DNA of 64,000 nt from Erysipelotrichaceae bacterium (GCA_015059045.1 SVBD01000001.1:135876-199875), one strand, 5' to 3'. Counted from the stretch's first letter, positions 1 through 11,079 are shown. Notes: generated by a model not told the origin, from the sequence alone. Program-made: numbers and translations.

Positions 1-1101
1 TTTATCAAATAAGTGAATTCTATCTGTATCAACTTTAATATTGATTACTGAACCTAATTCATAATTGATTCCAGCTGGAATTTTAATTGTGACTTGGTTT
101 TTAGCTTTTAAGTCAATTTCAGCATCAAGAGCTAATTGACCATAAACAATTGATTCATTACCTAATTGTTCAACAACGTTAACTTTAGCTTGGATACCTG
201 TATCTTCTTCAACAATTGATAAGTGTTCAGGTCTTACACCTAAGATAACAGTCTTTGAACCATCTAAATATGAAGCGTGTGCTTTTGAAATTGTTTCAAA
301 TGGAACTTCGAAATGTTTTCCATCATCAAATGTAACTGTAACTGAATCACCGTGTCTTAATAATGTAACATCGAAGAAGTTCATTTGTGGAGTTCCGATA
401 AATCCAGCAACGAATTTATTTCTTGGTTTGTTATATAAGTTTAATGGTGTGTCAATTTGTTGTACATAACCTAATTTCATAACAACGATTCTTGTACCCA
501 TTGTCATAGCTTCTACTTGGTCATGAGTAACATAGATGAATGTTGTTTGTAATTTTTTATGTAATTTAGTAATTTCTGTTCTCATTTGCGCTCTTAATTT
601 AGCGTCTAAGTTAGATAATGGTTCGTCTAATAAGAATACTTTTGGGTTTCTAACGATTGCTCTACCTAAAGCAACACGTTGACGTTGACCACCTGACATA
701 GCTTTTGGTTTTCTTTCTAGATAATCTTCGATATCAAGAATTCTAGCAGCTTCAAGAACACGGTCTCTAATTTGATCATTAGGCATATGTTTGTTCTTTA
801 AACCGAATGCCATGTTATCATAAACAGTCATGTGTGGATACAAAGCATAGTTTTGGAAAACCATTGCGATATCTCTATCTTTTGGTTCCATATCATTTAC
901 TAAAGTATCACCAATAAATAAGTCACCAGCTGTAATTTCTTCTAAACCAGCAATCATTCTTAATGTAGTAGATTTACCACATCCTGATGGACCAACGAAA
1001 ACAATAAATTCTTTGTCTTCGATGTCGATGTTAAAGTCATTAACAGCTTTATGTCCGTTTTCATAAACCTTGTAAATATGACTTAATTTTAAATTTGCCA
1101 T
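1..1101 (-). CDS. Sugar ABC transporter ATP-binding protein (MalK/MsmK/MsmX family); C-terminus runs off the window start
   Basis: Minus-strand translation starts MANLKLSHIYKVY and contains Walker A GPSGCGKST, the ABC signature LSGGQRQRVALGR, Walker B FLLDEPLSNLD and a TOBE-like C-terminal domain; AGGAGG RBS lies 8 nt upstream of the ATG at 1101. Confidence 0.85.
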   Translation of the reverse strand, partial: MANLKLSHIYKVYENGHKAVNDFNIDIEDKEFIVFVGPSGCGKSTTLRMIAGLEEITAGDLFIGDTLVNDMEPKDRDIAMVFQNYALYPHMTVYDNMAFGLKNKHMPNDQIRDRVLEAARILDIEDYLERKPKAMSGGQRQRVALGRAIVRNPKVFLLDEPLSNLDAKLRAQMRTEITKLHKKLQTTFIYVTHDQVEAMTMGTRIVVMKLGYVQQIDTPLNLYNKPRNKFVAGFIGTPQMNFFDVTLLRHGDSVTVTFDDGKHFEVPFETISKAHASYLDGSKTVILGVRPEHLSIVEEDTGIQAKVNVVEQLGNESIVYGQLALDAEIDLKAKNQVTIKIPAGINYELGSVINIKVDTDRIHLFDK

Positions 1102-1115
1102 TACATTTTTTCCTC

Positions 1116-2972
1116 CTAAATAATTGTAATCGAATATGCAGGAACATTAATAGTTTCAGCAGTAAGTTTCGCATAGTAAGATGATGAAGAAGATAATGAG
1201 TATTTAATTTCGTTAGGCTCTTCTTCTAACCCAAGTTCACTTAGAGGAATAACTTGAGGTTCTTCCCCAAAGCAATAAATTAAATGAATTGATTTACCAT
1301 TATAAGTTTTTTTCATAACGGTATAGAATTTACCAACTTTTACAAATGATTGTTCTCCCCTTGCAATTTCTGGGAATGTAGCTTTAGCTCTTAATACTTC
1401 TCTCATGAAGTTCCATAATGAATCTTGATCTTCCATTTGCTTATCAGCTGGTTCTAAGTATTGCTCTACTGGACTTCCACCAGGAGCATATCTAGTCATA
1501 CCAGTTGTATTAGTTTCTGACCAATACATTGGGTGACGTTTATCTGGGTCTTTATTTTGTTCTATTGAAGGAGTACCGGCTCTCATGCCAATTTCTTCTC
1601 CATAATAGTTATAACTAACACCTCTTAGAGTGTTATTTAATCCCCAGAAGAACTTACATGCATTTTGTAATGCATCAGTTTCTACATCGAAACTTCCGTT
1701 CATTTGATTAATTAAACGAATAGTATCGTGATTGACACCAAAATTTGAATCAATTGCATTTGGATTTGCGGAATATAATCTTTCATCCCACTTTTCAACG
1801 CTGTTTCTAAAATAATCAGCTCCACATGCAGTAGCAAATCCTCTTCCATCGTTTAGGATATAGAATGATTTACCATTGAAATCTTCAGGTGTAGAATATA
1901 TGATTTCTTCTCCTTTTTCTTCAAGGAGTTTAATCTTTTTAATATATTGTGCAGCTTTATTAACTGCTTGAATAAGTTCTGCTTGTCCATTAGATCCATA
2001 ATTGAAGTTCATATATGAAACTCCATTAGTGTTTTCATAATATGTAGATACAGTCTTTGACCATGGGCCTTCTGCAACTAAGAAACATTTTTTATCTCTA
2101 TTTTGAGTAAGTTCCTCTCCCCAACTAGATAATGTATTTAAAAATTCATAGTTTTTTGATTTATCCCAATCATAGAAATGTTGAACTGCATCTAATCTAA
2201 ATCCTCTTACACCACGATCTAGCCAGAATTTCATAATGTTTTTTAATTCATCACGAACTACTTGTTCATCTAGATTTAGATCAGGCATTCCACTATTGAA
2301 ACTTCCTTCATATGACCAATTTGTTCCAGATACTCCATGCCAGCTTGTTCCATCTAATTTTACTGTTCCATTATAAGTAAAATGATAATATCTTAAACTT
2401 GGATACAAGGCTTTTGCTTCTTCTGTTGGTTGACCTGTTACAGGGTCATATTCGTGAACATTTCGAATATCTTGACACGCTTTCTTGAACCAAGGATGTT
2501 GATTTGAGGTATGGTTAATTGCTAAGTCAAGAATTACATCAATTCCTCTAAGTTCACACGCATCAATAAAATTATCAAAATCCTCTAATGTTCCGTAATC
2601 AGGATCAATATTGTAATAATCTGTTGCATCATATTTGTGATATGTAGGACTTGGGAAGATTGGCAATGTATAAATACCATCATAACCCAATGATTTAATA
2701 GAGTTTTTATCTCCATCATTAATATAATCAAGTTTTTGAGTTAATCCGTTTAAATCACCAATTCCATCTCCATTTGAATCATAATAAGAATAAACAAGAA
2801 CTTGGTAATAATTACGATAGACATCGTCTATATAATTATCAGTATGATTTTCTAATTGATAAGTAGGTTTAGTTTTAGATAAATATTTATCATTAAGAGA
2901 CTTTGAACAAGAAGAAAGTCCTGTACTTAATAATAATGTACCAATCATTGTGAATAATAACGACTTCTTCAT
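1116..2972 (-). CDS. GH13 alpha-amylase-family lipoprotein (extracellular maltodextrin/starch-degrading enzyme)
   Basis: Signal peptide with lipobox LSSC; GH13 catalytic regions present (GFRLDAVQH and others); sits in the maltodextrin transporter operon. Confidence 0.75.
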   Translation of the reverse strand: MKKSLLFTMIGTLLLSTGLSSCSKSLNDKYLSKTKPTYQLENHTDNYIDDVYRNYYQVLVYSYYDSNGDGIGDLNGLTQKLDYINDGDKNSIKSLGYDGIYTLPIFPSPTYHKYDATDYYNIDPDYGTLEDFDNFIDACELRGIDVILDLAINHTSNQHPWFKKACQDIRNVHEYDPVTGQPTEEAKALYPSLRYYHFTYNGTVKLDGTSWHGVSGTNWSYEGSFNSGMPDLNLDEQVVRDELKNIMKFWLDRGVRGFRLDAVQHFYDWDKSKNYEFLNTLSSWGEELTQNRDKKCFLVAEGPWSKTVSTYYENTNGVSYMNFNYGSNGQAELIQAVNKAAQYIKKIKLLEEKGEEIIYSTPEDFNGKSFYILNDGRGFATACGADYFRNSVEKWDERLYSANPNAIDSNFGVNHDTIRLINQMNGSFDVETDALQNACKFFWGLNNTLRGVSYNYYGEEIGMRAGTPSIEQNKDPDKRHPMYWSETNTTGMTRYAPGGSPVEQYLEPADKQMEDQDSLWNFMREVLRAKATFPEIARGEQSFVKVGKFYTVMKKTYNGKSIHLIYCFGEEPQVIPLSELGLEEEPNEIKYSLSSSSSYYAKLTAETINVPAYSITII

Positions 2973-2981
2973 TTAAACCTC

Positions 2982-4478
2982 CTAATAATAGATAATACCA
3001 GTGTTAGGTAATAAAACATTATCTTCTAAATCTTTATTGTTAGAAACCATAATAATTTGATTTAAATTGTCTAATTTTACCCCATTTTGCGATAAATTTA
3101 TAACAATTTTGATATTTTCTCTTTGATAAGAAATTACATAATCATCAATGTGATACATATAGAATTCACTAGAAGTAAATTGATTATTTTCTTTTCTTAT
3201 CTTAATTAATTTTTTAATATAATTTAATAACGAATTAGGATCATTTATTTGATCTAAAACATTATTATCATCTCCGTCGAGAGGTAAATATAATTCACCA
3301 TCATAGCTAGAGAATCCTTTATTTTTTGAATTATCCCACTTCATAGGTGTTCTTTCACCCGTTCTTTGATAACCACCATGCTTACTTGGTAAATCAATAT
3401 GCTTCATACCGATTTCATCACCATAATATACAAATGGTACACCAGGTAGTGTAAAGTGAATCATATAGAATAATCTTAATTTAGTATCATCTAAATGAGT
3501 AGCAATTCTTGGGCAATCATGATTTCCAGTAATAATTCCTAATAAACCATTATTTCTTTTTGCTGCTTCAATTCGATTATACAAATCGCTTTTGAAAGCA
3601 TCTTGTCTTGCACCATTTAATACTGATGGGCCAATAGTACTTTCTGTTGCTCTACCAAGGTAGTGGCAGAAATTGTCCCAATGATCTAAGACAAAGTCAC
3701 AATCGAAACCGCATTTTAATGCTTGATCAGGATTGCACCATTCAGAAACTAATACCATCTCTGGATATTCTGATTTGACATCTTTAATTATTTCTTCCCA
3801 AATTTCCATAGTAGCTAATTTTTGATGGTCATTTTTAACTAAGGAATCAGCCATATCAACTCTAAATCCATCTACTCCCATAGAAAGCCAGAATTTCATT
3901 ACCTCTTTTAAGAAGTTTCTTGCTTTAAATGTTCTTTCATCCTTATATGACATTTGCCATTTAGGATGAGTAATTTCATTAAAACCAAAATTTAAAGCTG
4001 GTTGAGTTGAGAAGAAATTAACCATATAACAACCATTTCTATCATATCTTCCAGAAATTAATCTATAAGGTTGTTCTAAATCCCAAACCGAATTATTCCA
4101 GATAAACATATCAGAATATTCATTTCTTTCACTTCGAGCGGACATTTGAAACATCTCATTTTGTTCACTAACATGTCCTGCGACTAAGTCAACGATAATA
4201 CGAACGCCTAATTCGTGAGCTTTGTTAAGTAATTCTTTAAAATCTTCCATTGTTCCAAAAATTGGATTAACTGCAAAGAAATCACTAACATCATATCCCC
4301 CGTCTTTGAAAGGAGATTTGTAGAATGGATTTAACCAAATTGCATTAAATCCCATATCACTTACATATTCAAGCTTAGAAGTAATACCTTTTAAATCCCC
4401 TATTCCATCGGAGTTAGAATCTTTATAAGACGTAGGATATATTTCATAAAATACTGCATTTTTTAGCCAAGAATTCAT
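2982..4478 (-). CDS. GH13 alpha-glucosidase / oligo-1,6-glucosidase-like (cytoplasmic)
   Basis: 498 aa with YDVSDFF, GFRVDM and NHD motifs typical of the GH13 oligo-1,6-glucosidase subfamily; no signal peptide. Confidence 0.75.
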   Translation of the reverse strand: MNSWLKNAVFYEIYPTSYKDSNSDGIGDLKGITSKLEYVSDMGFNAIWLNPFYKSPFKDGGYDVSDFFAVNPIFGTMEDFKELLNKAHELGVRIIVDLVAGHVSEQNEMFQMSARSERNEYSDMFIWNNSVWDLEQPYRLISGRYDRNGCYMVNFFSTQPALNFGFNEITHPKWQMSYKDERTFKARNFLKEVMKFWLSMGVDGFRVDMADSLVKNDHQKLATMEIWEEIIKDVKSEYPEMVLVSEWCNPDQALKCGFDCDFVLDHWDNFCHYLGRATESTIGPSVLNGARQDAFKSDLYNRIEAAKRNNGLLGIITGNHDCPRIATHLDDTKLRLFYMIHFTLPGVPFVYYGDEIGMKHIDLPSKHGGYQRTGERTPMKWDNSKNKGFSSYDGELYLPLDGDDNNVLDQINDPNSLLNYIKKLIKIRKENNQFTSSEFYMYHIDDYVISYQRENIKIVINLSQNGVKLDNLNQIIMVSNNKDLEDNVLLPNTGIIYY

Positions 4479-4484
4479 AAATTC

Positions 4485-5360
4485 CTAACCTTTTACAGCT
4501 CCACCTGTTACGCCAGCAACATAGTATTTTTGTGTTGATAAGAATACTGCCATAATAGGAATTGAAATTAATACCGAACCAGCGAAGAAGTCAACGAAGT
4601 GTTTACCTTTCTTACCGCCAGTATCACTTAACCAAGAGTTCATACCTAGAGCTACAGTGTAGCTATCAACATTTTCTCTTAAGATAACTTTACAGAAGAT
4701 GAAGTCCATCCATGGTCCCATGAATGATTGAACTAATGTATAAACAATAATTGGTTTTGAAAGTGGTAAGATGATTTGGAAGAAGATTTGAGCGTTTGTT
4801 GCTCCATCAATTCTTGCCGCTTCATCAAGGGATTTAGAGATTGTATCAAAGAAACCTTTTGCAACATAGAATCCCATACCAGAAGTCATTGTATAACATA
4901 GAATTAAACCAAATAATGGTGCATTTTCAATTAATCCAACTAATTTTAATAAGTTATAGATAGCAATCATAGACATAAATCCAGGGAACATACCTAAAAT
5001 TAAGTTAACTAACATTAAATTCTTTCTTCCTTTAAATTTTAATCTAGACATTGTATAAGCAACTGCCATAATAAAGAAAGTGTTAATAACCATTGTAACT
5101 AAAGCAACCATTAATGTATTTAAGAACCATTGAATATATGGTTGGTAGTCTGGGTTTAAAATGTTAATGTAGTGACGAAGTGTTAAATCTCCAAGTCCTG
5201 GGAATTGAGATAAAGCAGCTTGGCTATCTTGTGGACTAAATGAGATATAAACAATATAAGCGATAGGAGTTAACCAAATAACACTTAGAATAGCTAATAC
5301 AACATAAATTACCGTATTGATAATTTTGTTTTTTCTTTTCATACTTTTTACACGTGCCAT
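4485..5360 (-). CDS. Sugar ABC transporter permease (MalG-like)
   Basis: 291 aa, 6 TM helices, EAA-type motif (DEAARIDGA). Confidence 0.8.
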   Translation of the reverse strand: MARVKSMKRKNKIINTVIYVVLAILSVIWLTPIAYIVYISFSPQDSQAALSQFPGLGDLTLRHYINILNPDYQPYIQWFLNTLMVALVTMVINTFFIMAVAYTMSRLKFKGRKNLMLVNLILGMFPGFMSMIAIYNLLKLVGLIENAPLFGLILCYTMTSGMGFYVAKGFFDTISKSLDEAARIDGATNAQIFFQIILPLSKPIIVYTLVQSFMGPWMDFIFCKVILRENVDSYTVALGMNSWLSDTGGKKGKHFVDFFAGSVLISIPIMAVFLSTQKYYVAGVTGGAVKG

Positions 5361-6934
5361 TATGCGAAATCCTCCTCATTTTTGAAACTTGCTGAGTTAC
5401 GATAAACAATTAATGAGATAGTAGCAGAAATTACGAAGATTAAGATACCGATAACTGAAGCCATCTTATAGTCTGCTTTACCTTCCATTGTTAATGAGAA
5501 TAACCATGTAACTAATAAGTCTGTATGACCAGCTGAACCATAGAATGAGTTAGTAGTTGGTCCACCACCTGTTAATAAATAAATTACACCGAATGAGTTA
5601 AAGTTACCAATGAATGTCGTAATCAATGATGGTCCCATAACGAATACGATATATTTTAATGTAATTTTGAAGTAAATTGTAACTGGAGAAGCTCCATCGA
5701 TTCTAGCAGATTCATATAAATCTTCTGGAACATTCATTAAAATACCTGTAGTACTTAATACTGTATATGGAATACCAATCCAGATGTTAATAACAACAAT
5801 TAAAATTCTTGCGAAATCAACTGTTAAAATATAATCTCCAATTCTAAATGGAGTTGGTTGACCCCAGAACAAGATGGTCATACCAGTTTGTTGTTTAATA
5901 AATTGAGTAATTGGACCGTATTCTTGGAAAATTTGTCCTAAAGCCATTAATGAAACGAATTGAGGAACAGCAATAGATAATACTAAACATGTTCTCCATA
6001 ATTTTTTAAATTTAATACCTTTTCTATTAATGATAGTAGCAACAATAATACCTAAGAAGAAGTTGATGAATGTAGCTAAAATAGCCCAAACAACTGTCCA
6101 TTTTAAGATTTCTACGAATGTATATCCGAAACCTTTGTTACCAAAGTTACCGAATTCCAAGAAGTTATCTAATCCAACCCAGTTAAAGTAACCTGGATAT
6201 TGGTGTAAATAGTCATAGTTAGTAAATGCCATTAAAATCATATCAATTAATGGTAAAATACTAAATACGATAACACCTAGAATTGGTAATGCTAATAATG
6301 TGATATGGAATTTTGAATTTAAGAATTCAGCCATATCTTCTTTAAATGTAGGAATATGTTTACCTTCTTCTTCTTCAGTTTGAATTTGATAAGAACGATT
6401 TACGCCTTTGACATAGAAGAATGCAAAGATAACAACGATAATAATAGCTAGAATACCATATAATAAGTTTCTTTCTGAATAGTCTCCATCAACAGGTTTT
6501 GGGAATGGACAAACTTGTTGAGCTTCTGGAGAACTACCATACCAGTCAGAACCATTACATGTATATCCAGTACTGTTTTTACCTAAATAAGTGAATTTAT
6601 AAATTGCTTCACCACCGAATAGTACCATTACAAGAATGAATAATACTTCGACAATGATCATTAAGATACCTTTGATGCGTTGTCCTCTTTTAATGTGACT
6701 AACACCTAATACACCAAAAGAAATTTTTGTATAAATATCACCATATTTGAAAGATAAATACATATTTTTAAATGCTTTACCTATTTTAATACCAAATTTT
6801 TTAATACCATATCCAACACTTAGGATAAAGTGCCAAATTCCAAATATAATTTTGAAAAATGTACTATAGATTTTGTATAAAAATTGGCGGAAAGGAGGTA
6901 AAGCACAATAATCAATATATGATAGTGTCTTCAT
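5360..6934 (-). CDS. Sugar ABC transporter permease (MalF-like, extended N-terminus)
   Basis: 524 aa, multiple TM helices, EAA motif (ESARIDGAS); its stop overlaps the downstream gene start. Confidence 0.8.
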   Translation of the reverse strand: MKTLSYIDYCALPPFRQFLYKIYSTFFKIIFGIWHFILSVGYGIKKFGIKIGKAFKNMYLSFKYGDIYTKISFGVLGVSHIKRGQRIKGILMIIVEVLFILVMVLFGGEAIYKFTYLGKNSTGYTCNGSDWYGSSPEAQQVCPFPKPVDGDYSERNLLYGILAIIIVVIFAFFYVKGVNRSYQIQTEEEEGKHIPTFKEDMAEFLNSKFHITLLALPILGVIVFSILPLIDMILMAFTNYDYLHQYPGYFNWVGLDNFLEFGNFGNKGFGYTFVEILKWTVVWAILATFINFFLGIIVATIINRKGIKFKKLWRTCLVLSIAVPQFVSLMALGQIFQEYGPITQFIKQQTGMTILFWGQPTPFRIGDYILTVDFARILIVVINIWIGIPYTVLSTTGILMNVPEDLYESARIDGASPVTIYFKITLKYIVFVMGPSLITTFIGNFNSFGVIYLLTGGGPTTNSFYGSAGHTDLLVTWLFSLTMEGKADYKMASVIGILIFVISATISLIVYRNSASFKNEEDFA

Positions 6935-7014
6935 TTTTCTCCTCCAATAATGTGAAAAATGGTAGCATGAGATTTTTCATAACATGCTACCATAATTTAT
7001 TTAAAATTATGCAA

Positions 7015-8226
7015 CTATGCTTCTACAATTGTATTAACGAAACTGTCGAAGTAATCTGCGATTTCAGATTTAGCAGCTGTACTTAAGTCACTACCAAATG
7101 CTGTTGAAGCATCCCAGAATCCTTGGTTACCGTAGATTGTAGGTTGTTTGAATGTGTGATTTAATTGTTCTGTTTGTGCAACGATTGATGCATCCCATTC
7201 AATTGAATCATCAGAAGCTGTTTGAGCATTAGTTGGAGCAGTTCCTCTTAATGTATAACGTAAAGCTTGAGATTCTGCGTTTGCTAAGTAAGCAGCAAAT
7301 GTAGCAGCTAATTCTGGAGCTTTTGTAACTGCGTTAACACCGATGTGTTTGTAGTCACCAACTGATTTCCATTCATATTCTTGTCCAGCGATTGTTAATT
7401 TTGGTAATGGTGCACAAGCATATGTTCCACCATTGTCAGCCATGTTTTTAGCGATTGTACCAGCTGACCAAGTACCTGTTACACAAGCTGCAACAGAGAT
7501 ACCACATTGAGCATCAGCTGATCCACGGTAGTATTTATCTTTGTTTGGTCCATTATAAACATCCCAAATCCATTTAGCTACATCTAAACCTTTATCTTTT
7601 GGTTCAATACCTTTTGTTGCATCTTCACCAGATTCACCAAAGATTGTACAACCTGCTGAGAAGAAGTATGATTGTAAATACCAACCGTTAGCAACGTCGA
7701 AACCGAAGTTATATGTGTAGTCACCAACATCTTTTGCCATCATTGTTTCTAATGATTTAACATCTTCTGCTGAATAAACACTTGCATCATAGTACATGAA
7801 GTATGTGTTTGGTGTAAATGGAATACCATATTGGTTTCCACCAACTTTACCAGCTTCTAAAACTGCTGAATCGATACCGATGTTAGCTGTTAATGCAGCT
7901 GGGATACCGTATAAGTAATTTGTGCTTACTAATTCACCTAATTGGTCTCCAGCGAAGTGGAATACGTCAGCTGAACCAGCTAAGTCTGTTTTTAATGCAG
8001 CTGGAACGTCTGGTTCTTCAGTGATTGCAAGTTCGATATTTGCATTTGCATATTCTGGATAAGCAGCTTTGAATTTTTCAGCTACTTGACCTAAGAAAGC
8101 TTGGTCATCTTTTGCAGCCCAAACTTTGATTGAGTTGCCACCTTTGTTGCCATTACCACATGATGCCAATGATCCTGCGCCTAATAACATTGCAGCGGCT
8201 AAAAATAAAATCTTTTTGTTTTTCAT
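7015..8226 (-). CDS. Sugar (maltodextrin) ABC transporter substrate-binding lipoprotein (MalE-like)
   Basis: Signal peptide with lipobox LASCG; 403-aa SBP_bac_1-like protein; first gene of the operon. Confidence 0.8.
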   Translation of the reverse strand: MKNKKILFLAAAMLLGAGSLASCGNGNKGGNSIKVWAAKDDQAFLGQVAEKFKAAYPEYANANIELAITEEPDVPAALKTDLAGSADVFHFAGDQLGELVSTNYLYGIPAALTANIGIDSAVLEAGKVGGNQYGIPFTPNTYFMYYDASVYSAEDVKSLETMMAKDVGDYTYNFGFDVANGWYLQSYFFSAGCTIFGESGEDATKGIEPKDKGLDVAKWIWDVYNGPNKDKYYRGSADAQCGISVAACVTGTWSAGTIAKNMADNGGTYACAPLPKLTIAGQEYEWKSVGDYKHIGVNAVTKAPELAATFAAYLANAESQALRYTLRGTAPTNAQTASDDSIEWDASIVAQTEQLNHTFKQPTIYGNQGFWDASTAFGSDLSTAAKSEIADYFDSFVNTIVEA

Positions 8227-8292
8227 TTTTTGTTCTCCCTTTCTACTAATGAAAAATGATATGTATTAACCATCCTCACATATCTACCTTCG

Positions 8293-8321
8293 ATTTTACT
8301 CTAGAAATAAGGTATAGTCAA
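8293..8321 (-). promoter_or_regulatory. Sigma-A-type promoter of the maltodextrin operon
   Basis: Minus strand reads TTGACT, then a 17-nt spacer, then TAAAAT, about 70 nt upstream of the MalE-like start. Confidence 0.5.
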
Positions 8322-8380
8322 CAAAAAAACGAAAACGCTTACATTTTTTTTAGTTATAAATAACTATATGTCGATTATCT

Positions 8381-8418
8381 ATACAAAAAAACTACTCCAA
8401 AACTCTCTTTGAAGTAGT
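8381..8418 (-). terminator. Rho-independent terminator downstream of tex
   Basis: Hairpin ACTACTCCAAA/TTTGAAGTAGT (one mismatch) followed by a T7 run on the minus strand. Confidence 0.55.
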
Positions 8419-8426
8419 ATATTTTT

Positions 8427-10595
8427 CTATTTATTAACTTCTTTCATTGATAAACCAATTTTCTTTTTATCAACATCTACTGAAATTACTTTTACTTTAA
8501 CAATTTGACCAATTTTAACAATATCTAAAGGATGTTTAACATATCCATTTGATAATTGAGAAATATGAATTAAACCATCTTGATGAACACCAATATCAAC
8601 AAATGCTCCAAAATCAATAATATTTCTTACTGTTCCATCTAACACCATACCAACCTTTAGATTTGTAATATCTGTAACATCATTTCTTAAAATAGCTTTT
8701 TGATTTAAATCACGAATATCTCTTCCTGGTTTGACTAGTTCATCTTTAATATCTTGTAATGTTTCTAATCCAACATTCAATTCTTTTGCTATTTTCTCTA
8801 AATCAATATGATTTAGTTTTTCAGCAATCTCATTTGTACCAATACAACTTACATCTAGCTCACATATTTTTAAAAGTTTTAAAGCAACATCATATGATTC
8901 AGGATGGATGCCTGTTCTATCAAGTATATATCCATCTGAAATTCTTAAGAAACCAGCACATTGTTCGAATGCTTTTTTTCCTAATTTAGGAACATTTAAT
9001 AATTCTTTTCTAGATTTAAATGGACCTTTTTCTTCCTTGTATTTAACAATATTTTCAGCAATTGAAGAATTAATACCCGAAACATAATTTAATAGCGAAG
9101 GACTTGCATTATTTACTTCAACACCTACTTGGTTAACGCAATTTTCAACAACACCACCTAATGCTTCTGATAAGTGCTTTTGATTCATATCGTGTTGATA
9201 TTGACCAACACCAATAGATTTAGGATCGATTTTAACAAGTTCACATAAAGGATCTTGAACTCTTCTTGCTAAAGAAATTGCACTTCTAACACTAACATCT
9301 AGATTAGGGAACTCCTTAATTCCAAGTTTTGAAGCGCTATAAACAGAAGCTCCGGCTTCATTAGTAATGATATAATCTACCGTTTGCTTTAGATCATCAT
9401 ATCTACCAAATAAATGTTTATTAATAAACATTTCACTCTCTCTACTTGCTGTTCCATTACCTAATGAAATCAAGTTGACTTTATACTTTTTAATTAAATA
9501 ATATAATCTATCTGCCTCTTTATTAAATAATTCTTCACTACCTAAAGTAACATGGCAAACACCTGTATATAATACAACTCCATTTTCATTGACAATACCT
9601 AATTTACATCCAGTTCTAAAACCAGGGTCAAATCCTAAAACAACCTTATTTTTAATTGGAGATTCTAATAATAATTCTTTCAAATTTAACTTAAAAACTT
9701 CTATTGAACTATTCTCACTAGTTTCTGTTAAATCGTTTCTAATTTCATTTTCAATTGAAGGTTTAATCAAACGAGAATAACTATCTTGAATTGTTTCTTT
9801 TAATATTTCAACAAAAGGAGAATTATTTTTAATAATCTTTCTTTCTAGATATGATAAATTTTCTTCTAAAGGATCGCTGATATTTACTTTTAATACCCAT
9901 AATTTTTCCCCACGATTAATAGCTAAAACTCTATGTGCAGGAATCTTATTGATCTTTTCTTGATAATCATAGTATTGATCAAAAACAATTTTACCTTCTT
10001 CATCTTTATTTTTTGATGAAACAATTAATCCTTTTTTAAAGGTATTATTTCTAATAAACTTTCTAAAATTAGCATCATCAGAAATTCTTTCAGCAATAAT
10101 ATCTTTAGCCCCTTGCAAAGCTTCATCATTTGTTAAAACACCTTTTTCTTCATTAATAAAAGAAGATACATATGAATCAAAATCATATTCGTAAATTTGT
10201 TTTTGAATATAATCTGCAAGTGGTTCCAAGCCTTTTGCTTTTGCAATTGAAGCTCTTGTTTTCTTTTTAGGTTTATATGGACGATAAATATCTTCTAATT
10301 CAGATAAAGTTTTTGCATTAAATAATGCATAATCAATTTCATCACTATATAATCCTTGATCTTGAATTGATTTAACAATCGTATCTAAACGATCGTAAAA
10401 ATTTAAATAATAATGATACTTTTCATCAAAAGTTCTTAAAACTTCATCAGTCATAGAGTTAGTTTTTTCTTTTCTATATCTAGCAATAAAAGGGATTGTA
10501 TCTCCATTATCTAACATTTCAATAACATTATTAACTTGCAATTCGCTTAATTCTAAATCTTCAATCAATCTACTTTTAATTAAATCTAAATGCAT
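8427..10595 (-). CDS. tex: Transcription accessory protein Tex (YqgF/RuvC-like, HhH and S1 domains)
   Basis: 722 aa; N-terminal Tex HTH region, central YqgF domain and a C-terminal S1 domain (GMVLDGTVRNIIDFGAFVDIG). Confidence 0.85.
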   Translation of the reverse strand: MHLDLIKSRLIEDLELSELQVNNVIEMLDNGDTIPFIARYRKEKTNSMTDEVLRTFDEKYHYYLNFYDRLDTIVKSIQDQGLYSDEIDYALFNAKTLSELEDIYRPYKPKKKTRASIAKAKGLEPLADYIQKQIYEYDFDSYVSSFINEEKGVLTNDEALQGAKDIIAERISDDANFRKFIRNNTFKKGLIVSSKNKDEEGKIVFDQYYDYQEKINKIPAHRVLAINRGEKLWVLKVNISDPLEENLSYLERKIIKNNSPFVEILKETIQDSYSRLIKPSIENEIRNDLTETSENSSIEVFKLNLKELLLESPIKNKVVLGFDPGFRTGCKLGIVNENGVVLYTGVCHVTLGSEELFNKEADRLYYLIKKYKVNLISLGNGTASRESEMFINKHLFGRYDDLKQTVDYIITNEAGASVYSASKLGIKEFPNLDVSVRSAISLARRVQDPLCELVKIDPKSIGVGQYQHDMNQKHLSEALGGVVENCVNQVGVEVNNASPSLLNYVSGINSSIAENIVKYKEEKGPFKSRKELLNVPKLGKKAFEQCAGFLRISDGYILDRTGIHPESYDVALKLLKICELDVSCIGTNEIAEKLNHIDLEKIAKELNVGLETLQDIKDELVKPGRDIRDLNQKAILRNDVTDITNLKVGMVLDGTVRNIIDFGAFVDIGVHQDGLIHISQLSNGYVKHPLDIVKIGQIVKVKVISVDVDKKKIGLSMKEVNK

Positions 10596-10599
10596 TATA

Positions 10600-11079
10600 T
10601 TAACCTACTTTCTTAAATGTATCAATCCAATAAACATCATCAACATATTCGCCATTATTATACGAGACAAATAAATAGAAACTTAAATCTTTTTTTTCTG
10701 TTTTATAACTTAAATTATAACCTTTATAATCATTATCCGTTGTGTTATTAACTTCAGATAAATTTAAATTAGAAGAATATCCAATATTTGGCCAAGTAAT
10801 ATCATCATTATCAGTAAAAGGAGACATAATAACTCTTAATGAATTGAGTCTTAATCCATCATATTCAATTTGAATAGTATAAACATATTCATTCTCTTCT
10901 TGATAAATAAATGTATTAATTTTATATGGAGCATCTTTAATGTCAGATAAGTCAGGAATTCTAAATTTATAAATATCATTTTTATATGCTTCCATATCAA
11001 ATTTATCGATTGTATTTTGGTAATTATGACAACCGACTAATCCAAATATCGATAATAAAACTAAAATAATTTTCTTCAT
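10600..11079 (-). CDS. Hypothetical lipoprotein
   Basis: Signal peptide with lipobox LVGC; 159 aa; no recognisable domain. Confidence 0.5.
   Translation of the reverse strand: MKKIILVLLSIFGLVGCHNYQNTIDKFDMEAYKNDIYKFRIPDLSDIKDAPYKINTFIYQEENEYVYTIQIEYDGLRLNSLRVIMSPFTDNDDITWPNIGYSSNLNLSEVNNTTDNDYKGYNLSYKTEKKDLSFYLFVSYNNGEYVDDVYWIDTFKKVG

Noticed and set aside
6859-7086. 75-aa plus-strand ORF spanning the malF/malE intergenic region
   Set aside because: Overlaps the 5' end of malF and the 3' end of the malE-like gene on the opposite strand; low-complexity translation; no RBS.
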